32,765 nucleotides of DNA from a virus (lineage: Duplodnaviria > Caudoviricetes). Position numbers and translations under genes: made by a program. The notes beneath the pieces were generated by a model. It saw only the letters and a program-made list of their open reading frames with translations, ran no database searches and was not told where the DNA came from. The DNA is taken from positions 1-32,765 of IMG/VR virus record IMGVR_UViG_3300037313_000311. One strand, given 5' to 3'. Below, in pieces: positions 7,546-13,651 of the stretch. Within the stretch, counting starts at the first letter, position 1. Each line of letters opens with the position of its first letter.

Positions 7546-8258
7546 TAGCCTGCCATCCTCATGTCATCGCCCTGCTCTTGGATGCGGAGCGCGGTTAAGT
7601 GTTCTTTGCAAAGCCCGCGGAACATCTCCTGCCAGTCAGGCTTGAAGTCAGCGACGCGGGCGATCGTCTTGGGGTCGTTCATCCAGGCGATGAACTTCTT
7701 GGAATCCCCGAAGGCATGCGCCTCCTTCTGGATCGCCGCGAACAGCGGTCGCTGGTCAGCAACGCGAAGCTTCTGTGCCGGCGGCGCATGTGGTATGTTG
7801 TCGATGATCTCGCCGTGCTGGTCGTACTCGGCAGACGGCAAGATGTCGGATGGACGCGTTACGTGCGGGTTAGGCCGCTTGAAGTCGTCGGCTTCTTCCT
7901 CGCTGTAGAGGTCGCCGTGAGCTGCCAGCAACTTCAAGATCACGCGGTCGCGGCTGCGCTTCTCAGCCATAGCCGCCATGTACTGATTTTTATTGTTGGC
8001 CGGGGAAGCCTCGCCGAACGACCACTCAGTGCGATCACCCATCTTGCCAAAGGTGCAGATGACCATGCTCTTTTCGGCCAGATCGCAGGCAACAACAGAG
8101 GGGCGCTCAAAGACGATGCCCTGCTCAATGGCGATGCGCTCTAGGGCCTTGTGCATGACTGCGTAAGCCTTGCCGCCTGGCACGGGCCAAATCTCGTCGC
8201 TATCGACGCCGTACTTGGCCATGAAATCCATGACGGATTTGGAGGGTTTAGCGGCCAT
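7545..8258 (-). CDS. putative single-strand annealing protein (Rad52/RecT superfamily-like)
   Basis: GEASPANNKNQYMAAMAEKRSRDRVILKL...LYSEEEADDF motif; upstream of SSB-like gene. Confidence 0.6.
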   Translation of the reverse strand: MAAKPSKSVMDFMAKYGVDSDEIWPVPGGKAYAVMHKALERIAIEQGIVFERPSVVACDLAEKSMVICTFGKMGDRTEWSFGEASPANNKNQYMAAMAEKRSRDRVILKLLAAHGDLYSEEEADDFKRPNPHVTRPSDILPSAEYDQHGEIIDNIPHAPPAQKLRVADQRPLFAAIQKEAHAFGDSKKFIAWMNDPKTIARVADFKPDWQEMFRGLCKEHLTALRIQEQGDDMRMAG

Positions 8259-8454
8259 TGGAAACCACCTTCAATGCTGGCTTTGCCTTGTCGATCTCAC
8301 GCAGGAGGATCTGCAGCGCTAACGAGGTCTCGCGGATGTCCTGCAATTCCCGTTCGCCGAACTCTGCCCTGCGACTCGGCTGGAATAGCCAGATGTCGTA
8401 GGCATCCTTGGCGTTGGCGCGAAGGCCGTAAGTGATGTTCCCGATATCGCTCAT
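8248..8454 (-). CDS. hypothetical protein
   Basis: MSDIGNITYG... start at ATGA overlap 8454. Confidence 0.65.
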   Translation of the reverse strand: MSDIGNITYGLRANAKDAYDIWLFQPSRRAEFGERELQDIRETSLALQILLREIDKAKPALKVVSNGR

Positions 8455-8531
8455 GTGAGACCCAAGATAAAAATGAAACCGATCGCAAACGCACAAATCA
8501 GGCAGACAATTCCTTCAACTCGACTGGACAT
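8451..8531 (-). CDS. single-TM microprotein (26 aa)
   Basis: MSSRVEGIVCLICAFAIGFIFILGLT*; GAGGA SD, ATGA overlap with next gene. Confidence 0.55.
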   Translation of the reverse strand: MSSRVEGIVCLICAFAIGFIFILGLT

Positions 8532-8713
8532 GACATTTCCTCACGCACTAACCGCAACTGAACTTCGTATTCGTCTTCTCGGACCTGCTGGAAGAACGAG
8601 CGCAACAAGCTGTCCATCCGCACTTGGTCGTCCAAGGCTTCCAATCGCTGTTCCGGGGGCAACTGTCGGAGTTGCTGCCAGACCGAAAGGGCCATTTCAT
8701 CTTGAGCGTTCAT
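8498..8713 (-). CDS. hypothetical protein
   Basis: MNAQDEMALSVW... start at ATGA overlap 8713. Confidence 0.65.
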   Translation of the reverse strand: MNAQDEMALSVWQQLRQLPPEQRLEALDDQVRMDSLLRSFFQQVREDEYEVQLRLVREEMSCPVELKELSA

Positions 8714-8823
8714 TTGAACCACCAAAGCCACCACATGAATGGGAAGAAGATCGGAAACGGCGTCTGCTTTTGCTTTCCCCCGTCGATAACGACGAAGGCG
8801 CGCCTTCTACGTGCGGGGGTCAT
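8710..8823 (-). CDS. 37-aa peptide with Trp/Phe-rich C-terminus
   Basis: MTPARRRRAFVVIDGGKQKQTPFPIFFPFMWWLWWFK*; ATGA overlaps at both ends. Confidence 0.6.
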   Translation of the reverse strand: MTPARRRRAFVVIDGGKQKQTPFPIFFPFMWWLWWFK

Positions 8824-9077
8824 GCCGCGACTTCCTCGGCCCAATGCACTAGGCGCTCGCGGTCAACAAGGCTGCCTGCCTCGTCAATCAGGTCTCTGGT
8901 CACGTCCTCGACGTACAGGCCGTCAACGTGGTGAATGAAGACGACGTTGCGCTTCTCGCCGGAGGCCAGCATCTCAACGATGTCGCGCCGGGTGTCTTCG
9001 GGGCGGACAATGGCCTCCAACCCGATGTGGCCGTAGTCGATCATCACGACGTAGTAGCTGTGGCTGGTGCGCTTCAT
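8820..9077 (-). CDS. hypothetical phage protein
   Basis: 85-aa ORF, ATGA overlaps. Confidence 0.75.
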   Translation of the reverse strand: MKRTSHSYYVVMIDYGHIGLEAIVRPEDTRRDIVEMLASGEKRNVVFIHHVDGLYVEDVTRDLIDEAGSLVDRERLVHWAEEVAA

Positions 9078-9292
9078 CTCACGAGTTCCTTTGCTGCTTG
9101 AACGGCTTCTGAGCTGATGAGTGATTCAGCCAAGCTCTCAGGCGTCGCCGGGTGGCGCGATACAACGCTGACCAATCCCAGCAGCCCCTTGCAGGCGCAC
9201 TGCAATTCCTCGATCCGCTCATAGGCGGCGATCAGGTCGCCCTTGGTCTTGAGAAGAAGGGCTATGGAGTCGTTTATGCGTTCGATTGGCAT
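9074..9292 (-). CDS. first gene of the leftward early operon, hypothetical
   Basis: ATG 9292 after GGGGGAG SD, just downstream of the PL-like promoter. Confidence 0.7.
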   Translation of the reverse strand: MPIERINDSIALLLKTKGDLIAAYERIEELQCACKGLLGLVSVVSRHPATPESLAESLISSEAVQAAKELVR

Positions 9293-9329
9293 TGCTAACT
9301 CCCCCGGTTCGTGTTGCGTCGATGGGAAG

Positions 9330-9392
9330 AGTGTTGCACAACTTGCAACCGACCGCAAGGGGTCTGGCAAAGAAAATTGCGCAACTATCAAC
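9330..9392 (-). promoter_or_regulatory. PL-like promoter with two 17-bp operators
   Basis: Minus TTGCGG (9358-9353)-17-AACACT (9335-9330); operators GTTGCACAACTTGCAAC (9333-9349, perfect 6-5-6 dyad) and ATTGCGCAACTATCAAC (9376-9392). Confidence 0.75.
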
Positions 9393-9448
9393 TTTTTTGT
9401 TGCGCGCTATTTTTGGGCACTTGCGAACGAAGCAAGAACACCCCACAT

Positions 9449-9487
9449 AAAAAGATGCCCGGCCTGATCCGCGACGATCATCCGGGC
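9449..9487 (-). terminator. intrinsic terminator
   Basis: GC-rich stem 9457-9487 followed by a U5 run on the minus strand; separates the repressor transcript from PL. Confidence 0.7.
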
Positions 9488-9523
9488 TGATCTGGGAGGC
9501 TCGAATAGCAAGCCCAGACCCGT
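9449..9523 (-). ncRNA. candidate ~75-nt sRNA with own promoter and intrinsic terminator
   Basis: Promoter TTGCGC (9558-9553)-17-TATATC (9535-9530); hairpin GGUCUGGG/CCCAGAUC, then GCCCGG..UGAUC/GAUCA..CCGGGC hairpin followed by AUCUUUUU; no ORF. Confidence 0.6.
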
Positions 9524-9572
9524 AGCGCTGATATAGGATATCATTCCTGTACGCGCAACGTACATTTGCTAG

Positions 9573-9914
9573 GCCCGGACAATTTGTCCGATTGAGCTGC
9601 CAGTTTCATCGTTCGCACGGTCCGGCGGTCCCGGAGACGAAGCGTGGGGCTCTTTGCCCTCGAAAGAGGGATTTCCGGCCCGGGCAAATGCGGCTTGACG
9701 CTATGCCTGCAACTGACGGCTATAAATGGCGAGTATCCTGTGCATGGGGCAGTAGGTCATGCACGCCGGCGGATTGGTCCACCGCTGAACCCGACCTTAG
9801 AGGGCAGGTAGAAGAACGGACATCGTCAGGTATTTACGCTATCAAGTGCCGTTACCGCAGGCCATAACCTACACGGGGTAGGTGGCCAGGCTTAGCGGAA
9901 AGCGGACTATTGCC
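9573..9914 (-). ncRNA. candidate large structured RNA 3' of the repressor gene
   Basis: Many nested complementary segments found by eye, no credible ORF; see findings. Confidence 0.45.
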
Positions 9915-10277
9915 TTAAGCTCTCTTAGCTGGGAACGCAGCCTCTATCATCGCCTTGATGCGCTGGATTTCGTCCGCCGATCGGCCTTGAAGCAATCGAG
10001 ACATCCAATCTACATCCGGGTTGGCAAAGATATCGACGGGATCGCCGCCCTTGCCGAAGAACTCCCCGAGCTTGCGCGCCCATTCTGTGGATGGGGTGGA
10101 GGGGCGGGTTTCATCGAGCCAGCGTGACAGCAGGCTCTTGTCCACCTCAATTGCCTCGATAATCTCCTGCCTGGTGACCCCGTGGCGCTCCATGAGCTGC
10201 GCCAAATAGTGCGGCCGCCTTGGCTGGCGGTTCTGATAAATACGCATCAGATCGGATTTGCGGGCTTTGGGCGGCAT
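9915..10277 (-). CDS. XRE-family phage repressor (CI-like, no peptidase domain)
   Basis: HGVTRQEIIEAIEVDKSLLSRWL HTH; divergent from cro; ATG 10277 has no SD (probably leaderless). Confidence 0.8.
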   Translation of the reverse strand: MPPKARKSDLMRIYQNRQPRRPHYLAQLMERHGVTRQEIIEAIEVDKSLLSRWLDETRPSTPSTEWARKLGEFFGKGGDPVDIFANPDVDWMSRLLQGRSADEIQRIKAMIEAAFPAKRA

Positions 10278-10312
10278 GCCTGCGACAATGGCGATTCTGT
10301 TTTGCCTTGTCG

Positions 10313-10366
10313 TTAGCGACTTGCGCAACGCGACCCCTTGACGGCGGTTGTGAGTTGTGCAACTCT
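10313..10366 (+). promoter_or_regulatory. PR-like promoter with two operators
   Basis: TTGACG (10338-10343)-17-AACTCT (10361-10366); operators TTAGCGACTTGCGCAAC (10313-10329) and GTTGTGAGTTGTGCAAC (10347-10363) match the PL operators. Confidence 0.8.
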
Positions 10367-10372
10367 CCAAGC

Positions 10373-10576
10373 ATGGCGCACCTTTATACCCTTTTGGCCG
10401 AACGAGGCATTCGACCGTCCGCCCTTGCAACCGCGTGTGGCGTCAAGAAGAGCACGGTTACTCGCTGGGACGAGAACCGTGTTCCTCTTACTCGCGTCTT
10501 TGATGTCGAAAAGGCTACGGGGATACCCCGCGAAAAGCTGCGGCCCGACTTCTTTGTCGAGGAGTCGGCTCAGTGA
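10373..10576 (+). CDS. cro: Cro/YdaS-like HTH regulator
   Basis: SALATACGVKKSTVTRW...VEKATGIPREKLRPDFF signature; ATG 6 nt after the -10 element (leaderless). Confidence 0.85.
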   Translation: MAHLYTLLAERGIRPSALATACGVKKSTVTRWDENRVPLTRVFDVEKATGIPREKLRPDFFVEESAQ

Positions 10577-10845
10577 CCCAGCATAGGTCTTATCTTGGAG
10601 GTCGCCCAATCGGGAAGAACTTGCTTCTTCTCGGCGATCTCGGCGCACTTTTGGCCAAAGGCCGGAAAGGCGCTGACGGGAGCCACAACGGTATAAAGCA
10701 GAACGTGGCGCTCGCCGCGTTCCTCGGTGATGTAGAGCCTGACGCGATCCCCGCTCAATCGCTCGTAGGCCCGAACTTCGCTGGCAGAATATTCGATCGT
10801 ATTGCCGAAATCTTCGAACGTATCTCCAACCACAATTCCCATCAT
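10570..10845 (-). CDS. hypothetical protein, convergent on cro
   Basis: Protein-like 91-aa ORF, GGGGG SD before ATG 10845, tail-to-tail overlap with cro. Confidence 0.6.
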   Translation of the reverse strand: MMGIVVGDTFEDFGNTIEYSASEVRAYERLSGDRVRLYITEERGERHVLLYTVVAPVSAFPAFGQKCAEIAEKKQVLPDWATSKIRPMLGH

Positions 10846-10881
10846 TACCCCCGGCACTTACATTTGTTGTCGCCACCCTTT

Positions 10882-10910
10882 TTCGCACGTCTTGCGCGAG
10901 TCGCAACTCT
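10882..10910 (+). promoter_or_regulatory. second rightward promoter/operator containing a GANTC site
   Basis: TTCGCA-17-AACTCT with dyad CTTGCGCGAGTCGCAAC (10891-10907) placed exactly as in PR/PL. Confidence 0.55.
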
Positions 10911-11021
10911 GTCTGCTTCGCGACATAGCCGCAAGGAAAAAATGGAAATTCCGTGTCATTACGGTGGCACGCAACCTCTGCGTTCCGAATATGGAACATC
11001 GCAATGCACGAGAGCGTGAAC

Positions 11022-11093
11022 ATGACTCTTTGGGAAGCCTTCATGTGCTGGCTGATCATCAACGAGATTTATGTGCTGGTGGTGATGCAATGA
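11022..11093 (+). CDS. hydrophobic microprotein
   Basis: MTLWEAFMCWLIINEIYVLVVMQ*; alternative start 11004; ATGA overlap with next ORF. Confidence 0.45.
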   Translation: MTLWEAFMCWLIINEIYVLVVMQ

Positions 11094-11401
11094 GCCATTG
11101 GAGAACTGCCCGGCCTGTGTCGGGGGACAACCACAGGCCGGGCCTCCACATCAGCGCTGGGGGCTGCGCTGAATCACGAAATTCTGTTGCTGGCGTTCCT
11201 CTCGGCCAGCCAAACTTGGCGATTGTCGTTCGCGATCGTCCTTTTCTTCGGTTGCCTCAACGACCACTCAATCCAGTTGAGGAACTTGATACGGCGCTCG
11301 ATCGCCGCGAACTCGCGGTCTGTATCTTCGTCTCCGTCTTCTTCACGGTTGTCTTTGGGCTTCCGATCGCGGTTGCAGCCGCGATCATGAGCTGGGGTTA
11401 A
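11090..11401 (+). CDS. hypothetical protein with C-terminal TM helix
   Basis: ATGA overlap start; hydrophobic LAVCIFVSVFFTVVFGLPIAVAAAIM; 5' part is hairpin-rich so the start is uncertain. Confidence 0.55.
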   Translation: MSHWRTARPVSGDNHRPGLHISAGGCAESRNSVAGVPLGQPNLAIVVRDRPFLRLPQRPLNPVEELDTALDRRELAVCIFVSVFFTVVFGLPIAVAAAIMSWG

Positions 11402-11515
11402 CAGGCGGGGATGCCTGTCGAGTAGGGGTCTGTTCTCATTTGCCGCTTTCGTCATGCCGGGAACATGCACGAAAGGAAGAACCAGGTGTTGTCAAAGATT
11501 GTCAGGAGTAAGCCA

Positions 11516-11914
11516 ATGAGTGCCGCCGCGTTGACCTCAACCACACGAAGCGCCCTCGGGATGCTCGTTCAGAAGGAAGAGCAGCGTACGGGTTCCCGGA
11601 TGATTGCCTACAGCAATATTGCTGAGCGCATTGGATCTTCTGCTTCCTGGGTCAGGAAGTTCCTCAAGGACTCTCACGAGGTCAAAGAACCTCGAATAAC
11701 GTTGTTTCAAAATATCAGGGCGAACTACGAAGCACTCTGTAACCGCGTCGAACAGGAGAACCGTGAAGATGAGCGCCGGTTAATGCTCATCAAAGGAGAA
11801 ATGAATGCGGTTGTTGAAGGCTTTGGCGCGGAAACTGGTCTTGAAGATCAGGCTCGCGCTCACGAGGCGGCGAAAATAGCCGTTCATACACACCCAAGCG
11901 ATCCACCACAGTAA
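11516..11914 (+). CDS. HTH regulator in CII-like position
   Basis: AYSNIAERIGSSASWVRKFL HTH; AGGAG SD before ATG 11516. Confidence 0.7.
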   Translation: MSAAALTSTTRSALGMLVQKEEQRTGSRMIAYSNIAERIGSSASWVRKFLKDSHEVKEPRITLFQNIRANYEALCNRVEQENREDERRLMLIKGEMNAVVEGFGAETGLEDQARAHEAAKIAVHTHPSDPPQ

Positions 11915-11967
11915 GCCAGCGCCCCGGCCTGCATCACAGTCGCCGGGGCCAGAATGGGGGCAGGGAA

Positions 11968-12528
11968 ATGCCGTTGAATAACCCGCTCGGGCCCGTTGCC
12001 GGGCTCTGGCCTGAAGAGCATACGCAAGAGCTAACCCGGCTCTGCGGCGAGAAGCTATCCTATCGTACGATAGCGACGATGCTGAACGAAAAGTTCGGCA
12101 CCAGCTACACCAAGAACGCTGTCTTGGGAAAAGCGGCGCGGATTGGGATCGTCAAGGAATCCGCCCCGAGCGTTCCTGGCAATCGCAAACCGAAGGCTGA
12201 CCGCAAGCAGCCATACAAGGCCCGCACGCCCCGCAAGTGGGTTGAGGCGGTTCGGATTGTGCCGGCCAATGGCAATTCCAACGCAATGCGCGTCATCCGG
12301 TCTGTCGTCATGGAGCAGGCTAAACTGCGCTGTGTCGAAATCGTTCCGCGCCATCTCAGCTTGATCGATCTTGAGCCGAACGATTGCCGCTATCCGTATG
12401 GCGATGACCACATCACGTTCTGTGGCCATCAGAAGATGTCGGGCTCGGCCTATTGCGTGCCGCATCATGCGCTCTGCAACGAACAGCCGCGCATCCCGAT
12501 CCAGCGTTTTGCGGGAGTTGCTGCATGA
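11968..12528 (+). CDS. gcrA: GcrA-family cell-cycle regulator homologue
   Basis: N-terminal W-x-E-E...LSYRTIA...TKNAVLGKAARIG and C-terminal LSLIDLEPNDCRYPYGD...FCG...AYC..H..LC, both diagnostic of GcrA. Confidence 0.9.
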   Translation: MPLNNPLGPVAGLWPEEHTQELTRLCGEKLSYRTIATMLNEKFGTSYTKNAVLGKAARIGIVKESAPSVPGNRKPKADRKQPYKARTPRKWVEAVRIVPANGNSNAMRVIRSVVMEQAKLRCVEIVPRHLSLIDLEPNDCRYPYGDDHITFCGHQKMSGSAYCVPHHALCNEQPRIPIQRFAGVAA

Positions 12529-12887
12529 GCTGGCCAGTGGGGGGCAAGCGCTTAACCAAAGAAGAGCGCGACGAGATCCTTCAGCTTTACCTGTCCCACG
12601 GCAGGGCGGCGGCTGACAGGCTGGCTGCGTCGAAGGGGTTGGATACATGGTACGCCTACAAGCTGGCGAACCAGAGCGGCCTGCTGCCCATCACCCGCTG
12701 GTCGCGTGAGAAGCGCGACACGGTGACGGAGATGATCGATCCGCTGATTGACCGCAGCGAGGCGCAAAAAGAACTCCGTGTTCTGCGGCTCCGCGCTGAA
12801 TTGCTGGAGCTTGGGTATTCAGTAGTCAAGACGGAATGGCTTCATTCCAGGTTGGACCCAGCTCCGGTTATGGAGGCGGCCGAATGA
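12525..12887 (+). CDS. hypothetical protein (HTH-like N-terminus)
   Basis: Start at ATGA overlap 12525, GGGAG SD. Confidence 0.7.
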   Translation: MSWPVGGKRLTKEERDEILQLYLSHGRAAADRLAASKGLDTWYAYKLANQSGLLPITRWSREKRDTVTEMIDPLIDRSEAQKELRVLRLRAELLELGYSVVKTEWLHSRLDPAPVMEAAE

Positions 12888-13198
12888 AGCGGCGAACCTC
12901 ACTGGCCATCCGCCGGTATCTCGTCAGCGTCTATGTCACGCAAGGCTACGAGGCCGTTAAGCCGCTTGCCATTAAGCACGGCTACCGGCCGCAGTATATC
13001 AGCCACATGGCGAAGGACCTGCTGGGCCATCATCAGACGGTTTTCTACAAGAACAGTCCATTCGTTGAGTTCGAATCCTACCGCTTTGACCCACGCTTTA
13101 TCGTTAGGACAACCAATGAAACTCAGAACCATCATCGCGCGCCGAAAGAAAGCATTGAAGGCCGCCAGCCCAAAGAAGAGAGACAGGTTGCGGCATGA
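12884..13198 (+). CDS. hypothetical protein
   Basis: Start at ATGA overlap 12884, GGAGG SD. Confidence 0.6.
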   Translation: MKRRTSLAIRRYLVSVYVTQGYEAVKPLAIKHGYRPQYISHMAKDLLGHHQTVFYKNSPFVEFESYRFDPRFIVRTTNETQNHHRAPKESIEGRQPKEERQVAA

Positions 13199-13250
13199 CT
13201 TGAGAGTGGCGTTGGTTGCGGCGCTGCTCAAGAAGGAATGCGCGGCTTGA
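13116..13250 (+). CDS. small basic protein (44 aa)
   Basis: MKLRTIIARRKKALKAA...ECAA*; AGGA SD; TTGA overlap with next gene. Confidence 0.55.
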   Translation: MKLRTIIARRKKALKAASPKKRDRLRHDLRVALVAALLKKECAA

Positions 13251-13651
13251 CGTTCGTTATCGATCTTCCGTGGCCGCCGAAGGAGTTGCACCCTAATGCC
13301 CGCGTGCACTGGGCAAAAAAAGCCAAAGCGGCAAAGCGGGCGCGCAATGATGCGGCATGGTTTGCGTTGTCGAGCGGCGTGCGTACGCATGACTTCGCGG
13401 GACAGGATAGCCTTAACGTGGCCCTCATGTTCCTGCCGCCGGACAATAGGCACCGCGACACTGACGGCATGATTTCCAGCGTCAAGAGTTATTTGGACGG
13501 CATCGCCGATGTCGTCGGCGTCGATGATTCCAGGTGGGTGTTCACCGGCATCAGGCGCGGAGAGCCTCGAAAGCCCGGGGTTGTTCGCGTCGAAATCAGT
13601 TCTGTTGTGTTTGCGTCATCCGAAACGAAGGACGGCGCGGAGGCAGCTTGA
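13247..13651 (+). CDS. rusA: RusA-like Holliday junction resolvase
   Basis: LPWPP..L.PN...PPDNRHRDTDG...KSYLDGIAD..GVDDS acidic catalytic pattern; TTG start (or ATG 13238). Confidence 0.75.
   Translation: MTFVIDLPWPPKELHPNARVHWAKKAKAAKRARNDAAWFALSSGVRTHDFAGQDSLNVALMFLPPDNRHRDTDGMISSVKSYLDGIADVVGVDDSRWVFTGIRRGEPRKPGVVRVEISSVVFASSETKDGAEAA

Noticed and set aside
9817-9830. CUGACGA hammerhead-like core on the minus strand
   Set aside because: No stem II closed by GAAA in the required position.
9592-9867. 91-aa + strand ORF in the immunity region
   Set aside because: TTG start without SD, unprotein-like composition; region better explained as structured RNA, though not excluded.
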